Shown here one piece after another: positions 9,947-20,355 of a DNA stretch of 64,000 bases (its first letter is position 1; each line of letters starts with the position of its first letter). The stretch lies in NCBI GenBank assembly GCA_902767045.1, contig CACXFT010000104.1, forward strand, positions 7,481 to 71,480, written 5' to 3'. The position numbers and the translations under genes are program-made. Under the pieces are notes generated by a model, which was given only the letters and a program-made list of their open reading frames with translations, was not told the DNA's origin and ran no database searches. The DNA comes from an uncultured Prevotellaceae bacterium. GTDB taxonomy: Bacteria > Bacteroidota > Bacteroidia > Bacteroidales > Bacteroidaceae.

Positions 9947-10025
9947 TCTTTGTGCCTAAATACTGCAGCTTCACTAAAAAATCTATTTCATAACTAATTG
10001 GTAAACATTTTTAAGGAAATATTTT

Positions 10026-12749
10026 ATGGGAAAATTTTTTAACCTGTGGCTCTTGGGACTATTGTTCCAAATTGTTTCGTCAGAGATTCACGCATCTGAT
10101 TACGTTGTCAATTACGGCTATGAGTATGGCTCGTTTTATTTTCAGAATGGGGTGTCGGCTAACAATGCATATGCCGCTTACTGGTTGTCTACACAGACGG
10201 AACCTCAACTAAAGCTGGCCGTGGCTAGGGGGTATAACAACATAGATGTAAAATCTCATTTAGGGGCTCTGTTTGTTGGGTCAAGGCAAAGTCCTTATGA
10301 ATTGAGTGTATCGGAAGGGTTTGTTATAACTGGGTATTCTGTAGTTGGGAAGGCTTTGTCATTTGAGCAAACTTTTACTCCTTCCGAGGGAGGTGAACCG
10401 GTGATCTTCAATTCTTCCGAAGAATCAACGGTTGTTGTAGATAATCTTCGAACGGAGAGCACATCATTTACACTGACAGGAGCTAATACAGGATTGGAAA
10501 TAATATCCTTTGAAATTTATGTAGATGTTGATGCAGAACGCACGGCAGATCTTGCTGCACACTACAATGCAGCTCTCGCATCTTTGGAATCTGGCAACAA
10601 GTATTGGATTTCTACATTATATTCCTTAGACTCATTGGATGCAAAACGTTTTTACCTTGATTCAGAAGGAGCACTTACAGATGATTTTACTAAAGCTAAT
10701 GCATTTATCCTGACAAGCACTACGGCCACATCTTCGTTTCGCCCGATCGGATGGAAAGCTGAAGGCATTTCATTCAGTAGCCCTTACATAGAGCGTGGTT
10801 ATCTTACCAATGTAAATCATATTATGACGAATGTTGCCCAAGACCGTGATGACTGGGAGACACAAGTTTATCTGAAAGGAGATAATCATTATGCTATCCG
10901 CTCAACGAATGTCAATTCGGCAGAATATTTTGCCAACACCTATTGGGCTGTTACTGATGTCAATATGGATAGTATTCCTGAGGCAAATTATTCTGAAGAG
11001 CGAACATACGTTTGGGACGTGATACCTTACGATTCTGTTAAAGAGGCCTCGCTCCTTCTTGCAGCTATGGCAGAAGAGTATCGTGGCATACAAATAGAGA
11101 AATGCGACCTTACTTTACTTTCCCAGTATAATACTCTTCTTAAAAATGCAATAGAGATTTCGAATTCTGATTTTGATTCAAATAATCACAACGAAGAATG
11201 TGTTGCTCTACTGCCAGAATTAAAGACTGCTTTCAATGCAGTTCAGGCTTCTGTTGAGTCCTACAAGAACTATCAACTTCAAGTAGACAAGGTAATGAAT
11301 GCCGCTAACAGCTGCTTAATACCAGATTCGCCATTAGCCATCGAATTAATGTCTATGGCAACACAATTGCAAGATAACATTGATCTTGGGGCTGCCCAAG
11401 ACTCAGATTTCAAGAATGTTGACAGTCTGATCACTGAAAAGCGGAATTATTGGAGCTGTCATCTCACAGAGGCAGACAAAGAACCTTTATACAGCTTGGT
11501 TGAACAAGTGCCCATGGCTGTTCTATGGGATCTTGATGCCGAAGAACTGTCGCTTGACGGGGTTACCATCGCCGAGGGAACCGTAACCGGAATAGACCTT
11601 TCCGGCAAGGGCTTATTTGGAGAGTTCCCATTGTCTGTTCTTCTTGAAATGCCGCACTTGGCACATATCAACCTCAGCAACAATGGTGTCAGTAGCTGTG
11701 ATGTAGAATGGAACAGCGATGATGTTACTGTGAATCTTCACAATCAGAATCTATTAGATGTGATAGAGTTCAACCTTTCCACTTGTAGCGATGCCACGAT
11801 TCCTTCGCAATTATCACCCATCCTGCTGTATGAAAACGGCAAGTTGACATCTAACTATTCTGTTTGTGCGCAAGGCAATTCCTGGACATTGGGTATCAAT
11901 AATTCCAATGAGGATGGCAAGATGGTGTTCGAACCCGGTTATCCGTTCGTATATGATGGTGAGAGTGGTGATGAAGTAACGTTCACGAGTATGGGCGGCG
12001 ACGCATCGGGTTCTACATTTTCGATGCAAATTTCATTCGACCAGGGTGATGCAAGTTTCGACGGCGCAATAGATATAGCCGACTTGCAGATGATGATTAA
12101 TTATATTTTCAATATGCTTCAAACGGGCGACATGTTTAATCTTGCAGCTGCTGACCTTTGGAACGACAATAAAATTAATGTTCAGGATATAGTGAAGGAA
12201 GTGGACCTGTTGCTTGGGCAAACTGCTGAGGAAGCAGAAAGCAGAGGGCTGAATCAGGTAGCTCGCTTGCCTCTTCACTTGCTTTCACACCATTCTGGAG
12301 CACAGGCCCGACTCGGTTTTGTAGACGGGCAGCTACAGATAGAGTCTAACCACCCTGTTGCAGCCATTCACCTGGTGTTGAATGCTGCCAGCGATATAGA
12401 CTGGAGTTTGTTGCGTAGCTTGGGCTTCAGTGTTAGCAGTCGCACCCAAGGAAACGACGTTCATTTTATTGCTTACTCGTTGAGTGGGGCAGAAATTCCA
12501 ATGGGAACAACGGTTATTGCAACAACAGACGACGATGCCGCTCAAATCAGATCTGCCAGAATTACAGACAGTGCTGCTAAATATATCGACGTTGAGCTGA
12601 ACTCTCATGAACTGACAAATGTTGGAACTGTTTCTGAGCGTGTGAAGTCTGACTCTTCCGACTATTATGACCTTCAGGGAAGGGCGATTTCCTCTCCGAC
12701 CCGGCGCGGTGTGTATATTCACAAGCAGAAGAAAATTGTAGTTAGATAA
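10026..12749 (+). CDS. Secreted multidomain protein: beta-rich N-terminus, helical bundle, short LRR, dockerin, cohesin-like domain, T9SS-type C-terminal signal
   Basis: Signal peptide; VTGIDLSGKGLFGEFP..L.HINLSNN (LRR); GDASFDGAIDIADL...ADLWNDNKINVQDIV (dockerin); terminal YYDLQGR...GVYIHKQKKIVVR. Confidence 0.8.
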   Translation: MGKFFNLWLLGLLFQIVSSEIHASDYVVNYGYEYGSFYFQNGVSANNAYAAYWLSTQTEPQLKLAVARGYNNIDVKSHLGALFVGSRQSPYELSVSEGFVITGYSVVGKALSFEQTFTPSEGGEPVIFNSSEESTVVVDNLRTESTSFTLTGANTGLEIISFEIYVDVDAERTADLAAHYNAALASLESGNKYWISTLYSLDSLDAKRFYLDSEGALTDDFTKANAFILTSTTATSSFRPIGWKAEGISFSSPYIERGYLTNVNHIMTNVAQDRDDWETQVYLKGDNHYAIRSTNVNSAEYFANTYWAVTDVNMDSIPEANYSEERTYVWDVIPYDSVKEASLLLAAMAEEYRGIQIEKCDLTLLSQYNTLLKNAIEISNSDFDSNNHNEECVALLPELKTAFNAVQASVESYKNYQLQVDKVMNAANSCLIPDSPLAIELMSMATQLQDNIDLGAAQDSDFKNVDSLITEKRNYWSCHLTEADKEPLYSLVEQVPMAVLWDLDAEELSLDGVTIAEGTVTGIDLSGKGLFGEFPLSVLLEMPHLAHINLSNNGVSSCDVEWNSDDVTVNLHNQNLLDVIEFNLSTCSDATIPSQLSPILLYENGKLTSNYSVCAQGNSWTLGINNSNEDGKMVFEPGYPFVYDGESGDEVTFTSMGGDASGSTFSMQISFDQGDASFDGAIDIADLQMMINYIFNMLQTGDMFNLAAADLWNDNKINVQDIVKEVDLLLGQTAEEAESRGLNQVARLPLHLLSHHSGAQARLGFVDGQLQIESNHPVAAIHLVLNAASDIDWSLLRSLGFSVSSRTQGNDVHFIAYSLSGAEIPMGTTVIATTDDDAAQIRSARITDSAAKYIDVELNSHELTNVGTVSERVKSDSSDYYDLQGRAISSPTRRGVYIHKQKKIVVR

Positions 12750-12796
12750 TTTATTTTTACGATGTTATCATCTTTACCATTTATAAACTCAATCAG

Positions 12797-15700
12797 ATGA
12801 AAACAAAAACTTATATTCTCTTTGTGCTGATTGCACTTATGAGTGTTCGCGTTGCACAAGCGCAGCAAACGAACAAACTGAGTATTCCTGACCTCACCGC
12901 ATTGGCAGGAAAAACCATTTCATTGCCTGTTTGCTTAGATAACAGCAACGAGATTGTTGCTGTGGAGTTTGATTTGCAGATTCCCGATGGTTCTACTCTG
13001 TTGGCCGATTCGAAAGTATTAACGAATCGTGCTACAGACCACGAAGCGGTGTTTCGTGCAAAGGGTAATAACACATACCATTGTCTCATTTATTCTCCCA
13101 CCAACAGTGCATTTCTTGGTCGAACCGGCGAGCTGTTGACAGTGAACATGCAGGTGAGTGATTCGTATGCAGAAAACAGCCAGCACAACATCAATTTAGC
13201 AGATGTTGTTTTGGCATTGCGCAATGGTGAAAATGTTGCAACAGAGACGAAGGCCGGAATTCTAACCATGCAAAAAGGTCCCGACCTGGCAGTGACTGAT
13301 GTTGTGGCAAATGCCGCAAGCTATGTTCCTGGAAGTTTGGCCACAGTTAGTTGGCAGGTGAAGAACGTGGGTGCTATGTCAACCGGAGGCGGATGGACGG
13401 AATATCTGTCGTTAAAAAATGGAAGTGGTGTTTCCACTCTCCTTTCCACCACCGTGTTCGATGGAACGCTTGAAGCTGGAGGAACTGTGAGTCGTCAGGT
13501 GGAAATCTCCCTTCCCAGTATTCTTGGAATTGATGGCGAGGCTTTGTTCGAAGTGGAAATAAAACCGCAATCGGCAACGAGAGAATCTAAGGGATTGCTG
13601 CGGAACAATGTTGCTTCGTCCGAATCTGCTGTTACATTTGGAAAAGCATTATCCATGTTTTTACCGGCGAGCGTAGAAGAAACATCTACGCGCCCAGTAA
13701 GTTGTATGCTTTCACGCAGTGGCAATCGTTCTGTTGCCGAAACCTTCACCATTGTTACTTCACAGGATGGTCGGCTGAGTGCACCTCAAACAGTTACTAT
13801 ACCTGCCGGTCAGTCGTCGGTTAATTTCTATCTGCAGTTGTCAGACAATGATATTCTCGACGAAAACGATGAAGTAACCATTACTATTTCCGGCAATAAT
13901 TATACGGAGATTCATAGCAAAATCACTATTGTTGACAATGAATATCCCGACTTGACAGTAGAGTCAAGCAAGAGTGTTGTTTCGGAGGGAGAAGCCTTTC
14001 AGCTTACTATTTTAGCGAGTCGTGCCCCTAAGGAAAACCTTACCATCTCGTTGTCGAGCGAGGTGACAGGTCGTTTCAATTTACCTTCCACCGCTATCTT
14101 ACCTGCAGGTGAAAGTCAACTCGTGGTGGATGTTGTAGCCAAAGACGACGACATACCAAGCCTTGAACTTTCTAATGCCTTCACTGCATACGCCCCGGCT
14201 TATAACAAAGGACAGGCAATAGTCATTCTAAACGATGATGATGTTCCGGCTTTAGAGCTGACACTCACACCAAACATAGTTTCGGAAAGTGACAGTCCGA
14301 TTGCCGTGGCAGCTAAATTGCGCCGTACGGGAGTAACCAATAATAAAATTATTGTGAAACTTTCTGATGACAGCGATGGCGGCGTTTACTGTGGACAGAA
14401 AGAAATTGTATTGGAAAAAGGAGTTGAAGAGGTTAACTTTAATATAGGTCCAAAAGACAATGTGAATGTTGATGGCGACCGAACGGTAAACGTTACGGCA
14501 GCTGTTTATATTGCTTCTTGTTCGTGCAGTGCTACCGGCGAGTCGGCAGGTGTAGTGTCTACCCCACTCACCATATTAGATGATGATGGTCCGGCCTTGT
14601 CTTTAGTGTCGGCAGTAAGCACACTGAAGGAGGGCGGTTCCACATCGTTGACCATCAGCAGGAATACCGATACTTCGCAGCCGATAACTGTAACTTTGAG
14701 CAGCGACCACGACCAGTATCTGAGCTACGAGCATTCTGTGGTGATTCCCGCCGACAAAAAGTCTGTTACTATTGATGTGGCATCTTCACTCAGCGGACAG
14801 CAGGGAGATTCTTTCACGGCAGTCTTCACAGCCCAGTCCGACGGTTTCAGCGCAGGCACTTGCTATATGATGGTTACAGATCAAGACTTGCCCGATGCCA
14901 AAGTTACCATCTCTGCCAACAAAACCGAAGCGGAAGTGGAAACGGAGGTTGAACTTACAATTGATGTAGTTAATGTTGGTGCCGCTGAACTACCTATGGG
15001 CACATTAGTAACTCTTTATGGACCATCGTTAAAAAAAACATTCCGTACAACATTAAATTTGTCAGTAGGGCAATCAGAAACTATAAAAACTAATATTACC
15101 CTACCAACTTCAATAGGTCAGGTTAGATATTATGCTGTTGTTAATGAAAACGATGGTACTACAGAACTTTCAAAGAACAATAATACGTCGCCAGTTGTTG
15201 AATTGACAATAGTTTCCCCTTATTCAGCTACTGTGAGTGTAGAGAAAGCTATTTATGAGGCTGGCGAATCGGTTATGATAACTGGAAAACTGACTGGAAC
15301 TAATATTACTGGACAAAAGGTAGATGTTTATGTTGTTCTAAATGGTGGGAGAGAGTCACTGCTAACAAAATCTGATGATACGGGTTCATTCAGTGTCACA
15401 TGGACTCCAAAGTCTTCTATTGCAGGGCATTTTCTTGTTGGTGCTTGCTATCCTGGTGAAAATCGCACAGAAGGACTTTGTTCGTTTGACGTTTACGGAC
15501 TGAGAAGGGTTTTCAACAATAGCATAGAATGTGATGTTACTCTTGGAGATGCTGCTCGTGGAACAGTTCAACTACAAAACCTTTGCAATCTTCCTTTGAC
15601 GGGAGTTCAGGCAGAAATATTGGATTCTCCGGCAAATTGCGATGCTTCTGTGAGCATAGCTCCCACTATTGATGGTAAGTCGAATGTTGAATTGAATTAC

Positions 15701-18700
15701 GAATTAACTGGAACATCCGTTACAGAAGGAAATCATTGGGATGAAGTAAAGATTCGCGTCTCAACAGACCAGGGCGTGTCGACAGATTTCTCACTTTGGT
15801 TTTATTGCCGTGCACAAAAGCCTTTACTACAACTTAGTACCAAAAACATCAAAACGACGATGACGAAAGGGAAAACACGCGAATATCCTATTACCATTAC
15901 GAACATCGGACGAACAGCTACAAGCAATATCCAATTGTTGCTTCCAGAGTGGATGGATGCGTCAACAGGAAAAAACCTGCCATCTCTTGCACAAGGAGAA
16001 TCAGCTACTATAAACCTTCAGTTGACCCCAACAGAATCGATGCAAATGAACAATGTGGTTCATGGATCATTCGGTATAGATTATGGAGGTGATGAAGTGG
16101 CCGATATTTACTATGCTATCACACCCGTCTCGGAGTCAACAGGCACACTGATTGTTGATGTAAAAGACGAAAATACCTTTTATACAGAAGAAGCACCACA
16201 CCTTGAAGGTGCAACGGTAAGTATAACAAAACCAAATGGTGAATTGGCTGCCGAAGGAACCACTAATACAGATGGCCTTTATGTGGTAGACATTCCGGAA
16301 GGACCATATTACATGCAGGTATCTGCGCCTCATCATCGCAGTTCGGAGCGCAAGACAATCATCATTGATCCAGGCATTGAAAACCGACATAATGTGACCA
16401 TTAGCATCGATGCCGTTCAGGTGGATTATACTGTTCAGCCAACTACGGTGGAAGAAAGGTATGAGGTTGTGACAAGTGTAAGCTACATGACGGATGTGCC
16501 CGTGCCAGTTGTTTTGCTTACCTGCCCTTCAGGAATAAACGGTGACGATATGCAAGTTGGCGAGAGTAAATTACTCACATTTACATTAACCAACAAAGGC
16601 CTAATTCGTGCAGATAATGTATATCTTCACATTCCACAGGCCAATGAATATTGGAGTATGGAGGCTATCAGTTCAAATGGCCCATTCTCTCTTGCTCCCC
16701 AGACAATGCAGAGTGTTTCTGTTGTTCTAACAAAACTTGGTGGCACCCAAAATGAAACGAACAGAATTAGAAGGTCTGGCAAAACAGGCGAAGAAATATT
16801 AGAGGAATCTGTCTATGAAACAGGTTCATCTTTTACCCGCTGTATGGCCAATATGGCATTTCAATATCAGTGGATTTGTGGAGAAGACATAAGATCGAAT
16901 CATGCAGCTCTTACGGTAGCTTTAGCCACATGTACAGCTGGATCTATTGCCGCCGGGCTTTCCAATCTATTCTCAAATCTTCAGTTTGGTGGCATTGGTG
17001 GAGGTGGAGGCAATGGCGGCTCTCCTGTTTCTGCTCCTAATAACGCTCAACAATCAACCTACCAGCCTGTTACAGACCAGACACCCACTGTTGCATCGAA
17101 AGATATGGTGACATTTTGCGACCCTAAGGATGCTGCATGTGGTTTGTCAATAGTCAAAGGAAGTGCTTCATTTGTAGATGCTCCTTCTGCAGCTATGCTA
17201 ACAGGACTTATAGACTATTCGGAAAAGATGATAGAGGTGCAGGAGCAATATGCGCAAGCCGAGGCAGAAGGCATATCACAGGACGAAGTAGATAGAGCGC
17301 GTCTTCAGAGCGTTATGAGCGAATGTGCTAAAAGCTTAAAAAAAGTTTTGGAAGATGGAAATAAGGAAATTACTAACTCTTTGGAAAATGGCACATCGTC
17401 GAATAATTCTGATAACCTGCTGAAAATATATGAAGCAGCAAAGTCGATAGCGGGAATCGTGACTTCTTGCGTTCATACATACAACAAGCTCAATCCTCCT
17501 CAGCCTCAGGCCAAGAACAATAATATCAAAACGATGGCAGACTATGCACATTGCTTGTATAACTCTTATTTAGTTATCAAAGAAATATTAGGAACAGATG
17601 ATTGGAAAGATTTGCTGGAAGGTCATGGAAGGAGTCTTCTGGATTATATCATTGAATATGACTGGAAAGATGCCAGTGTCGAATCTTTCTTCGCCGGTGC
17701 TCCTGATATAAGAAGAACTGAAAAGGTGGAAAAACTCGTTGAAAGAATTATTAAAACCTACGACAAGTATTTGTATTTGAAAGAACGTAATAACCCGAGA
17801 CGGTCTTCTTATTTTGATGCGAATGCAGTGGAGGATCCTGAAATTCAAACCGACTATATTGATTTAGGTCGGATCGTTACGCTTTTGACAGAAATTTCCG
17901 AGATGGAACAAGATGCGGTTTCACAAGGTGCTACTTCTTTGGATGAGAAATTCAGAGAGGTCTATCAAGCCTATCAGGAATATTACAATGATCCGTCGGA
18001 ACATATTTGTGCTACCATGAAACTGGAGTTCAAACAGGAGCTTATCTTTACACGAGAAGCATTCGAAGGTACGCTGACAGTTTACAATGGGAATGAAAGC
18101 AATGCAATAACAAATTTAAGAGTTGACTTCACGGTTACCGATGAGGATGGGAACCCCGCAACACCAGATATCATGAATCAGAATCTTAAATCGTGTGAGG
18201 GATTTACAGGTGAAACATCGAATAATCTGAGTGGATGGAATCTCGAACCCAAGGCAACAGGAACAGCAGTCATGCTGTTTATCCCATCCATCAATGCTGC
18301 TCCGATAGAACCCAAATATTACTTGTTTGGTGGTACAGTATCGTATACAGACCCATTTACGGGACTAGAAGTAACACGCGAATTGGTTCCAGTGCGACTT
18401 ATGGTTCACCCGTCACCGCAACTTGAATTGACATATTTCTTGCAAAGCGACATCTATGGAGATGATCCTCTTACGCCTGATGTGACAGAACCATCTGTTC
18501 CATCTGAATTTGCAGTACTTATTAATAATGTAGGCTATGGCGATGCGGGTAATGTGCGCATGGTTACTCATCAACCAACTATTACTGTGAACGAAAAAGG
18601 ACTTGCAAATAACTTTAAAATTGTTGCTTCTCAGTTAAATGGTGGAGCAGAATCACCGGCAATAGGAGAAAGCACAACAACGTTATTTGGAACAATTGGT

Positions 18701-20335
18701 GCTCGTTCTACCTCTTTTGCACAATGGTGGTTTACAAGTGATTTGTCTGGACGTTTTGTCGAGTATGATGTGTCATTGAAAAAGGTGAGCTGTGATTATG
18801 TAACGGAGAATTTGGCTCGTCTTTCAGAATCACCAATCCATACCCTTGTTCGGAGCATCAAGCATGATGTTGGTGATGATATGGTAACCGGGTTCCTTTG
18901 TAACGATGACAATGATATAAGAAATAATCCAGACATTATATATTTTACGAATGGTGAAACATCTGAAGTAAAACTGATTGAAAAGTCTCAAACTACTTCA
19001 ATTTCGTCAACCTCCTACGAGCTCACCATTACTCCTTCATCAGCTGGTTGGAACTATGGCACCATCACCGACCCCACGCAGGGTTATGCCAAGCTGAAGA
19101 GCATACGCAGAAAGAGTGATGGCAAGGAGATGAGCTTGCGCAACTTCTGGCAGACCGACCGAACGCTCGTTGACGGGAAAGACTGGCTCTATGATAACAA
19201 CCTACATTTCGTTGATGAGTTTGGCTCTTCTTCTGAAACCTATATCCTCACATTTGAACCCACTCCGCAAACAGTGCTTGAAGTTGCTTCAATAGAGCTC
19301 GTTCCTGCCGTGGAAGAGGTTGCTGTGGAGCCAGTTGACATGGCAAAGGTCACTTTCTCGAAAGCTATTGACCCTGCCACATTCACCGCCGACGATATTA
19401 CGATGAATGTTCAAGGGGTGAAGCAAAATGCCAGTCTGATAGGTATCACCACAGACGATAATAAAACTTTCACGCTTGACTTGTCGGCCATCAATGCATC
19501 ATGTGGCAATGGTTACTATACCTTGGGTATACAAACCAATGGTATTAATGACTTTGAAGGCTATCAGGGTGCAAACGGCAAAGATCCAACAGGTTGGGTC
19601 TTCTTCCGTGGCGGATTGGTTCAACTTTTAACCAGTGTTTGGCCAGCAGAATCAGGCTCTGTTCAGCGTGTTATGCCCAGTAGTGAGGCAAGAGTGCTGC
19701 GTGCCCCTGTTGCAGAAAAGGTTCTAGACCAAGCTCAGTATGGTTCAACAGTTGTGTTGCAGGCAAGTGCGAAAGAGGGCTTCTCATTCTCTAAATGGAC
19801 TATCGACGGGCAAGAGGTTTCTTCCACCCCGGAGTTTTCAACCCAAGCGACGGGCGACTTAGACATTGTGGCCAATTTCCAGCGCAAGTTCTATTCGGTT
19901 TCCATCGAGAAAGAAGGGAATGGAGGCTCAGTAGCCTATGTGCTCACCGACCCTGACGACGGACAAGTGAGCAGTGTGGAAATGGAAGGTAGCGGCAATT
20001 ATAAGTATGGAACAAAATTTGTGTTAAGAGCAACACCTGATGAGGGATATCTCTTTGATGGATGGACTGTTAATGGAACGTTGGCAGAGAGTAAGCAGGA
20101 ACTCGCGCTTACCGTCACCAACAAGTCTAGCATCACGGCAAAGTTCTCACCTGAGTATATCCTCGGTGATGCCAATGGCGACAAGGTTGTGAACATTGCC
20201 GATGTTACTGCCATTATCAACAGAATCAACAGCACCGACAATATCAATTTTGTAGAAAAAGCTGCCGATGTGAATGGTGATGGAATGATTTCCATTGCCG
20301 ACGTAACCGGTGTTATAAACATTATTCATCAGTAA
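12797..20335 (+). CDS. Giant 2512-aa secreted protein: N-terminal cohesin-like, CARDB, Calx-beta-like and Ig-like repeats, InlB B-repeat-like units, C-terminal dockerin
   Basis: Signal peptide AQA; LSIPDL...ISLPV.LDN...AVEFDLQIPDG (cohesin-like); PDLAV..V...W.VKNVG (CARDB); repeated I.D[ND]D.P.L; A..GY.F..WT.NG; GDANGDKVVNIADVT..ADVNGDGMISIADVT. Confidence 0.85.
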   Translation: MKTKTYILFVLIALMSVRVAQAQQTNKLSIPDLTALAGKTISLPVCLDNSNEIVAVEFDLQIPDGSTLLADSKVLTNRATDHEAVFRAKGNNTYHCLIYSPTNSAFLGRTGELLTVNMQVSDSYAENSQHNINLADVVLALRNGENVATETKAGILTMQKGPDLAVTDVVANAASYVPGSLATVSWQVKNVGAMSTGGGWTEYLSLKNGSGVSTLLSTTVFDGTLEAGGTVSRQVEISLPSILGIDGEALFEVEIKPQSATRESKGLLRNNVASSESAVTFGKALSMFLPASVEETSTRPVSCMLSRSGNRSVAETFTIVTSQDGRLSAPQTVTIPAGQSSVNFYLQLSDNDILDENDEVTITISGNNYTEIHSKITIVDNEYPDLTVESSKSVVSEGEAFQLTILASRAPKENLTISLSSEVTGRFNLPSTAILPAGESQLVVDVVAKDDDIPSLELSNAFTAYAPAYNKGQAIVILNDDDVPALELTLTPNIVSESDSPIAVAAKLRRTGVTNNKIIVKLSDDSDGGVYCGQKEIVLEKGVEEVNFNIGPKDNVNVDGDRTVNVTAAVYIASCSCSATGESAGVVSTPLTILDDDGPALSLVSAVSTLKEGGSTSLTISRNTDTSQPITVTLSSDHDQYLSYEHSVVIPADKKSVTIDVASSLSGQQGDSFTAVFTAQSDGFSAGTCYMMVTDQDLPDAKVTISANKTEAEVETEVELTIDVVNVGAAELPMGTLVTLYGPSLKKTFRTTLNLSVGQSETIKTNITLPTSIGQVRYYAVVNENDGTTELSKNNNTSPVVELTIVSPYSATVSVEKAIYEAGESVMITGKLTGTNITGQKVDVYVVLNGGRESLLTKSDDTGSFSVTWTPKSSIAGHFLVGACYPGENRTEGLCSFDVYGLRRVFNNSIECDVTLGDAARGTVQLQNLCNLPLTGVQAEILDSPANCDASVSIAPTIDGKSNVELNYELTGTSVTEGNHWDEVKIRVSTDQGVSTDFSLWFYCRAQKPLLQLSTKNIKTTMTKGKTREYPITITNIGRTATSNIQLLLPEWMDASTGKNLPSLAQGESATINLQLTPTESMQMNNVVHGSFGIDYGGDEVADIYYAITPVSESTGTLIVDVKDENTFYTEEAPHLEGATVSITKPNGELAAEGTTNTDGLYVVDIPEGPYYMQVSAPHHRSSERKTIIIDPGIENRHNVTISIDAVQVDYTVQPTTVEERYEVVTSVSYMTDVPVPVVLLTCPSGINGDDMQVGESKLLTFTLTNKGLIRADNVYLHIPQANEYWSMEAISSNGPFSLAPQTMQSVSVVLTKLGGTQNETNRIRRSGKTGEEILEESVYETGSSFTRCMANMAFQYQWICGEDIRSNHAALTVALATCTAGSIAAGLSNLFSNLQFGGIGGGGGNGGSPVSAPNNAQQSTYQPVTDQTPTVASKDMVTFCDPKDAACGLSIVKGSASFVDAPSAAMLTGLIDYSEKMIEVQEQYAQAEAEGISQDEVDRARLQSVMSECAKSLKKVLEDGNKEITNSLENGTSSNNSDNLLKIYEAAKSIAGIVTSCVHTYNKLNPPQPQAKNNNIKTMADYAHCLYNSYLVIKEILGTDDWKDLLEGHGRSLLDYIIEYDWKDASVESFFAGAPDIRRTEKVEKLVERIIKTYDKYLYLKERNNPRRSSYFDANAVEDPEIQTDYIDLGRIVTLLTEISEMEQDAVSQGATSLDEKFREVYQAYQEYYNDPSEHICATMKLEFKQELIFTREAFEGTLTVYNGNESNAITNLRVDFTVTDEDGNPATPDIMNQNLKSCEGFTGETSNNLSGWNLEPKATGTAVMLFIPSINAAPIEPKYYLFGGTVSYTDPFTGLEVTRELVPVRLMVHPSPQLELTYFLQSDIYGDDPLTPDVTEPSVPSEFAVLINNVGYGDAGNVRMVTHQPTITVNEKGLANNFKIVASQLNGGAESPAIGESTTTLFGTIGARSTSFAQWWFTSDLSGRFVEYDVSLKKVSCDYVTENLARLSESPIHTLVRSIKHDVGDDMVTGFLCNDDNDIRNNPDIIYFTNGETSEVKLIEKSQTTSISSTSYELTITPSSAGWNYGTITDPTQGYAKLKSIRRKSDGKEMSLRNFWQTDRTLVDGKDWLYDNNLHFVDEFGSSSETYILTFEPTPQTVLEVASIELVPAVEEVAVEPVDMAKVTFSKAIDPATFTADDITMNVQGVKQNASLIGITTDDNKTFTLDLSAINASCGNGYYTLGIQTNGINDFEGYQGANGKDPTGWVFFRGGLVQLLTSVWPAESGSVQRVMPSSEARVLRAPVAEKVLDQAQYGSTVVLQASAKEGFSFSKWTIDGQEVSSTPEFSTQATGDLDIVANFQRKFYSVSIEKEGNGGSVAYVLTDPDDGQVSSVEMEGSGNYKYGTKFVLRATPDEGYLFDGWTVNGTLAESKQELALTVTNKSSITAKFSPEYILGDANGDKVVNIADVTAIINRINSTDNINFVEKAADVNGDGMISIADVTGVINIIHQ

Positions 20336-20355
20336 ATTTTAAAATAGCAAAGAAT

